From Candidatus Woesearchaeota archaeon (GTDB lineage: Archaea > Nanobdellota > Nanobdellia > Woesearchaeales > UBA9642): a stretch of 64,000 bases of DNA. Of this stretch, positions 9,802-19,106 are shown in pieces. The position numbers were made by a program, and so were the translations under genes. The notes beneath the pieces were generated by a model. It ran no database searches and was not told where the DNA came from. It was given only the letters and a program-made list of their open reading frames with translations. The stretch lies in NCBI GenBank assembly GCA_016928115.1, contig JAFGLI010000022.1:560-64559 (forward strand), in the 5' to 3' direction. Position 1 is the first letter of the stretch; the number at the start of each line of letters is the position of its first letter.

Positions 9802-10098
9802 ATGATATTAATGGAATATCCTTTTATAGAAATAGAAATTTCAGTTGTTATTTTATTGGCTTTATTCTTTCATTTTTTTCTTACGATAAAAGATTGGAAT
9901 AAGTCTGAAAAATCTTTTAGAGTAACTAATTCTGTTATTGGGGCCATATTGTTTATATTTGGTATTTTTGGTATTGTGGGTTCTTTTATTTCAACTGAAG
10001 GTTATTTTTTAGCAATATTTGTTTTGAGTATTTTGATACCTTTTTTTGTTGCGGTTTTTATTGGTTGGTTAATTAGATGGATTGTTATTAAGAGATAA
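9802..10098 (+). CDS. Small 3-TM membrane protein, AT-rich
   Basis: Hydrophobic 98-aa ORF with its own BRE-TATA upstream. Confidence 0.6.
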   Translation: MILMEYPFIEIEISVVILLALFFHFFLTIKDWNKSEKSFRVTNSVIGAILFIFGIFGIVGSFISTEGYFLAIFVLSILIPFFVAVFIGWLIRWIVIKR

Positions 10099-10143
10099 TT
10101 CTTTTGAAAACATTTTTATATAACAAAATTTTAAATAATTCTT

Positions 10144-11310
10144 ATGGAAAAAAGAGTTTCAGACATATTCAGGCTGATGAGGCCTTTTAATAAAAACGAA
10201 AGAAGGACTATAAGGGAATTAAGCAAATTCCTGGATAAAAAAGAGATGGGAGATGTTAAATATCTTCTCAAGCTCAGGAAGGTTTATATAGAAATCAAAC
10301 AAATAACCATAGTAAATTTCTCGTATCCCGTTATAAAAGCCCTGGATAAAGAAAGCAAAGAAGCCAAGAAGATAGCAGAATACTACAATAATAAGATAAA
10401 TGAAACAATAAGCAGGGAATTGTTCAGTGAGTTCTCAAAAAAATCTGAAAAAATAAAGGAATACATAGCCCCCAATATTGAGGGATTCGGTGATATAAAG
10501 GAAGCTTCCATGCTGCTGCTGTTCTCAGAAAAAATGCATATATTATTATTGGGAGACCCGGGAACAGGAAAAACTGAAATACTGCGTTATGTGGATAAAT
10601 TAGCGCCAATAAGCTCTTTTGGACTAGGCTCGGGAACCTCGGGAGTGGGATTGTCTATAAATGTACAGGGAAAAGAAGTAACAAAAGGGCTGCTTCCCCT
10701 GGCAAACAACGGCGTATGCTGCATAGATGAATTGAACCTGATGAAAAAACAGGATATGGCCTCATTATACAATGCAATGGAAAAGGGTTTTGTTACATAT
10801 GACAAGGGGAAAACTCATATCAGGATGGATGCAAAAATCAAAGTCCTGGCGACAGCAAACCCGCGGGGAGATAAATTCGAGGGTAAGAAAAAAGAAAAGA
10901 TAAGGGAGCAGCTGCCATTTGACCCTGCACTGCTTACAAGATTTCATATTGTTTTCTTTATAAGAAAGCCAGATATTGAAAAATTCATGAAGATAACCAG
11001 GAAAATAGTCAGGGATGAAAAAATAAATATAAAAGAAGAGGATATACATTTTATAAAAAAGTATATAGAATATGCAAAATCAATTGATGTCGGGCTTGAG
11101 CCTGAATTCGAAGCAAAGATAATTGAATTTGTCGAGGAAATAAAAAAAGACGAGAACAGTTTTATTGTTGATATAACCCCCAGAATAGTCAAGGGCATAA
11201 TCAATATCGCCAAAGCAAATGCAAGACTGCATTTAAGAAACAAAACAAGCAGGGAGGATATTGAGAAAGCAATAAATATCTTAAAGCACAGCCTATATAA
11301 TGTTTACTAA
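10144..11310 (+). CDS. MCM-family AAA+ ATPase lacking the canonical N-terminal OB/Zn domain and C-terminal WH
   Basis: LLLGDPGTGKT, SGVGL, CCIDELNLM, AME, ATANP, LLTRF, ITPR. Confidence 0.85.
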   Translation: MEKRVSDIFRLMRPFNKNERRTIRELSKFLDKKEMGDVKYLLKLRKVYIEIKQITIVNFSYPVIKALDKESKEAKKIAEYYNNKINETISRELFSEFSKKSEKIKEYIAPNIEGFGDIKEASMLLLFSEKMHILLLGDPGTGKTEILRYVDKLAPISSFGLGSGTSGVGLSINVQGKEVTKGLLPLANNGVCCIDELNLMKKQDMASLYNAMEKGFVTYDKGKTHIRMDAKIKVLATANPRGDKFEGKKKEKIREQLPFDPALLTRFHIVFFIRKPDIEKFMKITRKIVRDEKINIKEEDIHFIKKYIEYAKSIDVGLEPEFEAKIIEFVEEIKKDENSFIVDITPRIVKGIINIAKANARLHLRNKTSREDIEKAINILKHSLYNVY

Positions 11311-11353
11311 TAACAGTTAATAATCATCAGAATTAATATAATTAAAATTCAAA

Positions 11354-11875
11354 ATGCAGATAAACCCTGAAATTTTAAAATACCGCGGATGGATGGAGCA
11401 TGAAATAGATGAGGTATTTAACATCCTTGAAAGAGTGGAGTCAAAAAAATCCCCTGTTGTGAGATTCACAGAGGAATTTGTCATCTGGCTCCTACTCTTC
11501 ATAGTTATTCTTGCAACAGCAATATTTGCAATCATAATAACTCCCTTTATCATAATTGCCACAGGAAAAGTCATTTATCCCCTTATAGGGCTGTTTGGCC
11601 TGACTAAAAGCATCCTCTTCGTAAATGTCCTGAAGGATATGGAAAAGGTCAAAAAACACCATCATTTTATAATCTCAATGAGCATAGTAATATTCACATT
11701 CCTCATTTTCTCAGGAGTTATATTCCTGATAAATAATTCAGGAATCCATAACCTTTCAAATGCATCAACTGATTTCAGGATAATGGGTATAGTTTATGTA
11801 ACTGCATTTTTCATACCTTATATAGCCTTCATGATGCACAACAATAAAAACAACAAAGGCAGGAGAAAACAATAA
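11354..11875 (+). CDS. Hypothetical 4-TM membrane protein
   Basis: Four hydrophobic segments; 1-bp gap to the next ORF. Confidence 0.65.
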   Translation: MQINPEILKYRGWMEHEIDEVFNILERVESKKSPVVRFTEEFVIWLLLFIVILATAIFAIIITPFIIIATGKVIYPLIGLFGLTKSILFVNVLKDMEKVKKHHHFIISMSIVIFTFLIFSGVIFLINNSGIHNLSNASTDFRIMGIVYVTAFFIPYIAFMMHNNKNNKGRRKQ

Positions 11876-11876
11876 A

Positions 11877-12287
11877 ATGGACCTTAAGGAATGGACAAGT
11901 ATTTATGTAAAGCACAAGGACATAATTAAAAAAAACATAATCAAGGAAGAAGATAAAGGCAGCCACATAGAATACGAATATAAAAACCATATAAAGCACA
12001 GTTATTTTATAATTCCTGAACTGAATAATGCTGATATAGATAATATAAATAAAAAAGATTTCACAACTATTGTGACAAGAAACAAAAAAGAAAACCTTGA
12101 CTTTCTTATATCTGAATGGGAAAAACTAAAGGAATTCCCTAACATGACTTTTATATTTGTGAACCAGGAGCTAAACACCAAATGGGTAATAAAGCCATAT
12201 ACTCACCACAAAATAAGCGATGAGAAAAGCCTTGTAAGAGGATTAACAGCTATGTTCTACAGGTGCGAAGGAATTGAGCAGCAATAA
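11877..12287 (+). CDS. Hypothetical protein
   Basis: 136-aa ORF tightly coupled to the upstream gene; typical codon usage. Confidence 0.65.
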   Translation: MDLKEWTSIYVKHKDIIKKNIIKEEDKGSHIEYEYKNHIKHSYFIIPELNNADIDNINKKDFTTIVTRNKKENLDFLISEWEKLKEFPNMTFIFVNQELNTKWVIKPYTHHKISDEKSLVRGLTAMFYRCEGIEQQ

Positions 12288-12347
12288 AAAACACAGAAAT
12301 AATCAATTTAGGTAAAAAAATTAAAATAAGAATAATAGAAATAAAAA

Positions 12348-12614
12348 TTATTCTTTATCTTCTGAGAAATTAGGAACTGCTGCCCTGCTTATTATGATTA
12401 TGTCTCCTATGCTCTTGACTAACTTATGGGGAACTATAACACCTTTTGCAGAACTCAGGACATTATTCAGGAATGAATTCTTTGTAGCCTTGACTCTCCA
12501 GCCGAATACCTTGTTATCAACAAGAATGGATTCCTCAACATCGCCGAAATAATCGCCGTCATCAGTGAAAACCCTCATATCATAAGTTTCACTTATTTTT
12601 TTCATCTTTAACAT
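12348..12614 (-). CDS. PRC-barrel protein (CdpB-like cell division protein)
   Basis: MRVFTDDGDYFGDVEE...VIVPHKLVKSIGDIIII; GGTGA RBS. Confidence 0.8.
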   Translation of the reverse strand: MLKMKKISETYDMRVFTDDGDYFGDVEESILVDNKVFGWRVKATKNSFLNNVLSSAKGVIVPHKLVKSIGDIIIISRAAVPNFSEDKE

Positions 12615-12775
12615 TTTTTCATCACCACCTTGCTTTTGTTTATTAGATATATTGTTTATCTTATTTATTAAATTTTACCTATTATACAATAAAAACTCTG
12701 GTTTATATATGTTTCGATTTTATGAAGATAAAATCGAATCTGCCAACAAAGTAACTATGTTTTAGATTTTATGAG

Positions 12776-13798
12776 CTAAATAAAATTAGGAAGCTCGCTT
12801 TGCCTCTTGCTGAGTTTCTTATATCTCTTAAGGTTCTGTATGCTGTTTACTATTGCAAGTATAATATCTGAAGCCTCCTCAGGAAAGAACTTGTTCATGA
12901 ATTCGCTTACCTCTATCTCAAGAACAACATTGTCCTGGCCCATTTTCAGTTCAGTTTTTGGGCCGTAGGCAGTCTCCCCCCCGAATATCTCATTCAGTGA
13001 AACATAAGGGGCAGGCGCATTTTCCATGGCATTCTTGGCTGCAAGGACAAAATTCCTGCTTGTAAAATTGTTTATAAGATTTTCTACAAACTCCTTGTCT
13101 CCGTATTTCTTGATAAAGCTAAAATCCTTTTTCAGGTTTTTCTTGTATTCTATGCCTGATTTTTTTATGGAAAAATCGCCAAAAACCTTTTTTATCCTGT
13201 ATGCCCTTCTTCTTGACTCAACAGCCGCTTCCTCTATATAAAGGTCTTTTATGCTCCTGAAAAACTCATTATTTGTCTTGTTTATTTCTGCTATTATCTT
13301 TTTCATAATCCTTGTGTTTATTCCTTTTCCCCTGAAATTCACTACATCCATTATAATCGGAAAATTCTTGGGCCTTGTGAACTTTGTATGGAGAAATATA
13401 AAAAAAACACCGCTCCTTCTTACAGTTGACCAGAATAAATCATAAATCCTTTCCCTGTAATCATGGTCCTTTTTATCAGCAGCAACCCAGGCATATTTCT
13501 TCCTGTATTTTACAAGCTCTCTCCTGTTTATATCCGCTTCGAAATTTTTATAGTATTTCAAAGCCATATCCATCTGAGGCTTCATCCTGTTAAAATCTAT
13601 CCCCCATATCCTTTTTCTTGAGATGTTGGAAAGAATAAATGTTCCCCCCACTTTCCTGAAACATAAAGAAGCAACCATATCGCTGTACTCATCCCTTGAA
13701 GTGGGGGTTTCAAGATTAGGGCCTGAATGCTGGGTAATAAACACAACTCCTGAGCCGTTTCTGTAAACAGTAAATCCCTCTTCAAAATCAGGTCTCAT
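12776..13798 (-). CDS. N-formylglutamate amidohydrolase-like protein with a C-terminal PIP-box-like motif (start revised to ATG 13798)
   Basis: HSG, SR..IDFNR, FLH and LEIE motifs; ends QSELPNFI. Confidence 0.5.
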   Translation of the reverse strand: MRPDFEEGFTVYRNGSGVVFITQHSGPNLETPTSRDEYSDMVASLCFRKVGGTFILSNISRKRIWGIDFNRMKPQMDMALKYYKNFEADINRRELVKYRKKYAWVAADKKDHDYRERIYDLFWSTVRRSGVFFIFLHTKFTRPKNFPIIMDVVNFRGKGINTRIMKKIIAEINKTNNEFFRSIKDLYIEEAAVESRRRAYRIKKVFGDFSIKKSGIEYKKNLKKDFSFIKKYGDKEFVENLINNFTSRNFVLAAKNAMENAPAPYVSLNEIFGGETAYGPKTELKMGQDNVVLEIEVSEFMNKFFPEEASDIILAIVNSIQNLKRYKKLSKRQSELPNFI

Positions 13799-13973
13799 AT
13801 TAAATAAAAACTGATTATTTTTATTTATATATCTTTCGAAAACACTTTTAGTATAATAAAAACACAAAACAGAGAATAATATTTGAGAAGGATTATCGAA
13901 AACTATTTAAATATAGCCCCATAATCTAAAATTAGTTAAGCTAAAATAAATATTTAATAAAAGGGGTGAAAAA

Positions 13974-14222
13974 ATGGCAATTGCTGCAGAGCTTAGAGTT
14001 ATTCTGGCGATTATTATAGGCACTTTGGCTGCTATTGTATACAGTTTAAGGGTTCTTGTTTTAATGGAGAGAAGGATAGCAAGAATGGACTACAATATTG
14101 AAAAGCTTACCTCAAGAGTTCTGGGGGAAGAGAAGAAAATAGAAAGTGAAGAGAAGAAACTTGAAAGAATGCTTAAACTGGGTAAGAAGAGAAGAAAATC
14201 AGGGAAGAAAAAGAGAAAATAG
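13974..14222 (+). CDS. Small single-TM coiled-coil protein with a basic tail
   Basis: GGGGTGA RBS; N-terminal TM; heptad pattern. Confidence 0.75.
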   Translation: MAIAAELRVILAIIIGTLAAIVYSLRVLVLMERRIARMDYNIEKLTSRVLGEEKKIESEEKKLERMLKLGKKRRKSGKKKRK

Positions 14223-14284
14223 TTTTTTATTCTTTAATATATTAAACTATTAAATACCAGTATATCCTAATACAGCTAAAAGAG

Positions 14285-14725
14285 GTGATTGCTGCTTTGG
14301 AAAACAAGGAAGAGGACAAAAAAGAGATATTGTTCCAGGACAAGAATCTTTTTGAGGATGAAAAGCCAAAAGAGCAGGAAACAGTATTTTCAAATCTTTC
14401 CGGGGCAATAAAGGATATGCAGAGAAGGATAACTATTCTTGAGGAAAGATACAAAAACCTGAGAAGCAAAACCCAGATTACAGACCAGAATATGCTGGAA
14501 TCAGAAAGAAACTATAACACTCAAGCAAAGGAAATAAGTGAGGATATTATGGAGATAAAACACAGCATTAATGAGTTAAACGAAAAGGTTTCCCTTTTTA
14601 ACGCTGAATTTGAGAATGTTGCCAGAAAAAATGATTTAAGGGTCATTGAGAAATATGTTGAATTATGGGACCCTACACAATTTGTAAGGAAAAAAAATAA
14701 AGAAAAGCTCAAAAATAATGATTAA
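14285..14725 (+). CDS. Coiled-coil hypothetical protein
   Basis: Long heptad-rich ORF; GAGGTGA probably serves as RBS for a slightly later start. Confidence 0.65.
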   Translation: MIAALENKEEDKKEILFQDKNLFEDEKPKEQETVFSNLSGAIKDMQRRITILEERYKNLRSKTQITDQNMLESERNYNTQAKEISEDIMEIKHSINELNEKVSLFNAEFENVARKNDLRVIEKYVELWDPTQFVRKKNKEKLKNND

Positions 14726-14749
14726 ATTTTTCCGTGAAAAAGAGGTGAT

Positions 14750-14778
14750 GAGGGTTTATTTTTTAAAAACCCTCTTTT
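14750..14778 (+). terminator. Stem-loop with a T-tail upstream of ppsA
   Basis: GAGGGTTT...AAACCCTC followed by TTTT. Confidence 0.4.
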
Positions 14779-14813
14779 CCTATTTTTAAATTAAACAAAG
14801 AGGTAAAAGCAGG

Positions 14814-17234
14814 ATGGATAGAAATAAAGAATTCATTTTATGGTTTGACCAGATATCTATTAATGATGTCCCTTTGGTCGGAGGTAAAAATGCTTCCCTT
14901 GGTGAAATGTACCGGGAGCTGTCGGGTGTGGGCATAAATGTACCTAACGGATTTGCAATAACTGCGCATTCATACAGGTATGTTCTTGAAAAAGCAGGGG
15001 TTATGGAAAAAATAAAAAAAACCCTGAAAGACATTGATACAAAAGATATGGAAGACCTGAAAGAAAAAGGCCATGCTGTAAGGAATATAATACTTAACAT
15101 TGAATTTCCTGAAGAAATTAAAAAACCCATTATTGAAGCCTATAGAAACCTGTGCGGGGCTTATTTCAATGATAAAAGGGATATAGATGTTGCTGTAAGA
15201 AGCTCTGCAACAGCAGAGGACCTTGCTGATGCAAGCTTTGCAGGTCAGCAGGAGACATACCTTAATGTTAAAGGGGAAGCCCAACTGCTCCAAGCATGCA
15301 AAAGATGCCTTGCCTCATTATTCACAAACAGGGCAATAAGCTACAGGGAAGAAAAGGGTTTTGACCATTTTTCAGCTGCCCTGAGCATAGGGATTCAGAA
15401 AATGGTGAGAAGCGACCTGGCATCTTCAGGAGTCATGTTCTCAATAGACACAGAAACAGGCTTCAGGAATGTTGTTTTCATCACAGCAGGCTATGGTTTA
15501 GGGGAAAACATTGTCCAGGGAGCCATAAACCCTGATGAATATTATGTCTTCAAGCCAACCCTCAAGCAGGGATATAATTCCATCATCAGCAAAAACCCCG
15601 GCTCAAAGGAAATAAAGATGGTTTATGACCAGTCAGGCAGCAAACACACAAAAAATGTCAAAGTGGAGCTGAAAGACAGGAAAAGATTCGTGCTTGATGA
15701 AGAAAAAATAATCAAGCTGGCAAAATGGGCATGCATTATAGAAGACCACTACAGTTGGAAAAAAGGCAGATATATGCCTATGGACATAGAATGGGCTGAG
15801 GACGGAAAAACAGGAGAATTATTTATTGTTCAGGCAAGGCCTGAGACAGTACAGTCCCAGAAAAATAAGGCTATTCTGGAGGAATACATATTAAAAGAAA
15901 AAGGCAATGTATTGTCAAAAGGAAAAAGCGTAGGGCAGAAAATAGGAAAAGGAAAGGCAAATGTTATAAAGGATGTCCACAACATCGACAAGTTCAATGA
16001 AAACGAAATACTGGTCACGGAAATGACAGACCCTGACTGGGAGCCCATAATGAAAAAGGCTGCTGCTATTGTAACAAACAGAGGGGGCAGAACATGCCAT
16101 GCCGCCATTATCTCAAGAGAGCTTGGTATACCCTGCGTTGTAGGCACAGAGGATGCAACAGATGTAATAAAAAAAGGGAATGAGATAACTGTAAGCTGTG
16201 CTGAAGGGGAAGAAGGGTTTGTATATAAAGGGCTTCTTGACTTTGAAGTCAAAAAATATAACCTTGAAAGCATACCTAAAACAAAGACAAAAATTATGAT
16301 AAACATCGGAAATCCTGAAGAGGCTTTTGAGCTGAGCTTTCTGCCCAATTCAGGCGTAGGATTAGCCAGGGAGGAGTTTATTATAAACTCATACATCAAA
16401 ATACACCCCAAAGCACTGCTGGATTTTGAAAATATAAAAGACAAGAAAGCAAAGAAAAAAATAGAGAAACTGACATACTCTTATGAAGACAAAACCCTGT
16501 TTTTTATTGATAAATTAGCCCAGGGAATAGGGATGATTGCCGCTGCTTTTTACCCTAAAGATGTAATTGTAAGGCTGTCTGACTTTAAGTCAAATGAATA
16601 CGCCAACCTTATAGGGGGAAAGGAATTTGAGCCGGAAGAGGATAACCCCATGATAGGATGGCGGGGGGCTTCCAGGTATTATAATGAGAAATATAAAGAG
16701 GCATTTGCTTTGGAATGCAGAGCTTTGAAAAAGGTGAGGGAGGAATTCGGCCTGAATAATGTCAAGGTGATGGTGCCTTTCTGCAGGACAACAAAAGAAG
16801 GAAAAAAAGTCCTGAGGGAAATGGAAAAAAACGGTTTAAGGCAGGGTGAAAAAGGTTTAGAGGTATATGTGATGTGCGAGATACCAAGCAATGTCCTGCT
16901 GGGGGAGGAGTTTTCTGAAATATTTGACGGATTTTCAATAGGAACGAATGATTTAACGCAGCTGACACTGGGTCTGGACAGGGACTCTGAACTGGTATCT
17001 GATATATTTGATGAAAGGAATGATGCAGTTAAGAATATGGTAAGAAAGATAATAAACACAGCCCACAGGAACAACAGAAAAGTCGGCATCTGCGGCGATG
17101 CGCCATCTACATTCAAGGAGTTCGCGCAGTTTCTGGTTGAATGCGGAATTGACTCAATAAGCCTGAGCCCTGATGCAGTCATAAGGACAACCTTAAGCAT
17201 TGCTGAAGAAGAGAAAAAACTTTCAGGAGGATAA
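14814..17234 (+). CDS. ppsA: Phosphoenolpyruvate synthase
   Basis: VGGKNASLGEM, AVRSSATAED, DIEW, GGRTCHAAI, FSIGTNDLTQ. Confidence 0.97.
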   Translation: MDRNKEFILWFDQISINDVPLVGGKNASLGEMYRELSGVGINVPNGFAITAHSYRYVLEKAGVMEKIKKTLKDIDTKDMEDLKEKGHAVRNIILNIEFPEEIKKPIIEAYRNLCGAYFNDKRDIDVAVRSSATAEDLADASFAGQQETYLNVKGEAQLLQACKRCLASLFTNRAISYREEKGFDHFSAALSIGIQKMVRSDLASSGVMFSIDTETGFRNVVFITAGYGLGENIVQGAINPDEYYVFKPTLKQGYNSIISKNPGSKEIKMVYDQSGSKHTKNVKVELKDRKRFVLDEEKIIKLAKWACIIEDHYSWKKGRYMPMDIEWAEDGKTGELFIVQARPETVQSQKNKAILEEYILKEKGNVLSKGKSVGQKIGKGKANVIKDVHNIDKFNENEILVTEMTDPDWEPIMKKAAAIVTNRGGRTCHAAIISRELGIPCVVGTEDATDVIKKGNEITVSCAEGEEGFVYKGLLDFEVKKYNLESIPKTKTKIMINIGNPEEAFELSFLPNSGVGLAREEFIINSYIKIHPKALLDFENIKDKKAKKKIEKLTYSYEDKTLFFIDKLAQGIGMIAAAFYPKDVIVRLSDFKSNEYANLIGGKEFEPEEDNPMIGWRGASRYYNEKYKEAFALECRALKKVREEFGLNNVKVMVPFCRTTKEGKKVLREMEKNGLRQGEKGLEVYVMCEIPSNVLLGEEFSEIFDGFSIGTNDLTQLTLGLDRDSELVSDIFDERNDAVKNMVRKIINTAHRNNRKVGICGDAPSTFKEFAQFLVECGIDSISLSPDAVIRTTLSIAEEEKKLSGG

Positions 17235-17300
17235 TGAAAATTAAATATTTGAAAAATTATATTTAAAAATAATATCATATGATATTTAAAAGGTGCAAAA

Positions 17301-18308
17301 ATGGTAAAAGTCGCAATTAATGGTTTCGGAAGGATAGGAAGGATGGTTTTCAGGGCAGGCATTGATAACCCTAACATTGAATGGGTAGCTATAAATGACT
17401 TAATGGATGCAGAGCAGCTTGCTTATCTGCTGAAAAAAGATTCTGTACACAAAAGCCTGAACAAACAAATAAAAACAGGCCATGATGCTCTTATAATAGA
17501 CAACAAAAGAGTTGAGCTGTTTAATGAAAAAGACCCTAAAAACCTGCCCTGGGATGAACTGAATATTGATGTTGTAATTGAATCCACAGGCCTTTTTACA
17601 AAAAAAGAACTTGCTGCAAAACACCTGAAGGCAGGAGCTAAAAAGGTTTTTATCTCTGCACCCAGTGACGACTGTGACTTTATGATTGTAAAAGGGGTAA
17701 ATGAGCATGACTATGACAGGGAAAAACATCATATCATAAGCAATGCATCATGCACAACCAACTGCATGGCTCCTGTTGCAAAGGTCATTAATGATAATTA
17801 CAGGATAAAAAGAGGGTTTATGACAACCATACATGCAGCAACCTCAACACAGAATCCAGTGGATGGTCCTAATAAAAAGGACATGAGACGAGGAAGGTCA
17901 TGCATGGTTAACATGGTTCCGACAAGTACAGGAGCAGCAAAAGCTGTTGTCAGGGTTATACCTGAATTAAAGGGAAAACTGGATGCAATGGCAATAAGAG
18001 TGCCTATAGTGAACGGCTCCATAATCGACCTTGTTGCTGAAACAGAAAAAAATGTCTCTGCTGAAGAGGTAAATAAATTGTTTGAAAATGTTGCAGAGCA
18101 TCACCTGAAAAATGTAATCGAATACACTGAAGAGCCCATAGTTTCAACAGATATAATAGGGAATTCCCATTCTGCAGTATTTGATGCATCACTTACAAAA
18201 ACAATTAATATTGAATATGGGACGATTATAAAAGTATTGGCATGGTATGACAATGAATGGGGATACAGCTGCAGGATGATTGACTTGATTCCCCTTCTTG
18301 TAAGATAA
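17301..18308 (+). CDS. gap: Type I (bacterial-type) glyceraldehyde-3-phosphate dehydrogenase
   Basis: INGFGRIGR, SNASCTTNC, TGAAKA, WYDNEWGYS. Confidence 0.97.
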   Translation: MVKVAINGFGRIGRMVFRAGIDNPNIEWVAINDLMDAEQLAYLLKKDSVHKSLNKQIKTGHDALIIDNKRVELFNEKDPKNLPWDELNIDVVIESTGLFTKKELAAKHLKAGAKKVFISAPSDDCDFMIVKGVNEHDYDREKHHIISNASCTTNCMAPVAKVINDNYRIKRGFMTTIHAATSTQNPVDGPNKKDMRRGRSCMVNMVPTSTGAAKAVVRVIPELKGKLDAMAIRVPIVNGSIIDLVAETEKNVSAEEVNKLFENVAEHHLKNVIEYTEEPIVSTDIIGNSHSAVFDASLTKTINIEYGTIIKVLAWYDNEWGYSCRMIDLIPLLVR

Positions 18309-18316
18309 CTGATAAA

Positions 18317-18931
18317 ATGGAAAAAAACAGGAAATCGAACTCAGAATCAGCATATTTCGGATTTGTTCTTCTGATTATTATTATAATGGCATTTCTGTTC
18401 TTCACTGCGCTGGGCAAAGATATAGAAAGGTCAGAAAAAACAGGGGAAAGGAACATTGACAGCAATGAAGTAATGTCTCTGGCAGGAATAATAATATTAT
18501 CACTTTCTGTTTTTGTTTTGATAATTCTGGTTGTATTCAGGTTCAACAAAGAAACCATGCCCCTCATAGGAAAATCCGGATTTACTCATGTAACCGGGCA
18601 TAAAAGAGAGCACCATCCCTCAAATTATAACCTGCTGAAAAGCAGGGTTGCAAGATATATGAAGAAAAAACTATCCCGGGAAGAGATCGAGGAAAAGATG
18701 GAAAAAGATGGATGGGAAAGGATAATAACAGACCTGGCAATATATGACATAAAGACAAAAGGAAAGACAAAAGGAAAAGACCTTGAAGGGTTCATAAAAA
18801 AACACCTTGGCAAAGGGTTAAAGAGTTCAAGGATAAGAAGCATTTTAGTTAATGCAGGGTGGAGTTCAAAAGAGATAAACAAGGTTATAATAGAGATGCA
18901 TGAAAAAAGAGCAAAAAAGGGGCTGCGTTGA
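18317..18931 (+). CDS. 2-TM membrane protein with two C-terminal 'L..GW....I' helical repeats
   Basis: EKDGWERII and LVNAGWSSKEI; stop codon lies inside repeat copy 2. Confidence 0.7.
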   Translation: MEKNRKSNSESAYFGFVLLIIIIMAFLFFTALGKDIERSEKTGERNIDSNEVMSLAGIIILSLSVFVLIILVVFRFNKETMPLIGKSGFTHVTGHKREHHPSNYNLLKSRVARYMKKKLSREEIEEKMEKDGWERIITDLAIYDIKTKGKTKGKDLEGFIKKHLGKGLKSSRIRSILVNAGWSSKEINKVIIEMHEKRAKKGLR

Positions 18932-19063
18932 AAAAGTCCTACTACGCTTACCACAACCCCACACTAAACTATGGGAACATGGTAAGCTCCGTCTGGCCAT
19001 GCCATGATTGTCAAAAACAATCAATGACATTCACGGCACAGACGAACTTTTTCAACGCAGCCC
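18920..19063 (-). repeat. Structured dispersed element, copy 2 (MITE-like or ncRNA)
   Basis: 18-bp perfect terminal inverted repeat GGGCTGCGTTGAAAAAGT/ACTTTTTCAACGCAGCCC; homologous to 3213-3354. Confidence 0.9.
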
Positions 19064-19106
19064 AGAAACAATAATTTTTTAAACTTCTTTTTAATATTAT
19101 TAATAA

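Noticed and set aside
15830-17377. Long antisense ORFs opposite ppsA and gap, plus the many other short shadow ORFs
   Set aside because: They are F/S/L-rich mirror translations of K/E-rich sense genes with no motifs.
17301-18308. Bacterial-type GAPDH as a sign of contamination
   Set aside because: Type I GAPDH is known in DPANN archaea, and its codon style and neighbours match the rest of the window.
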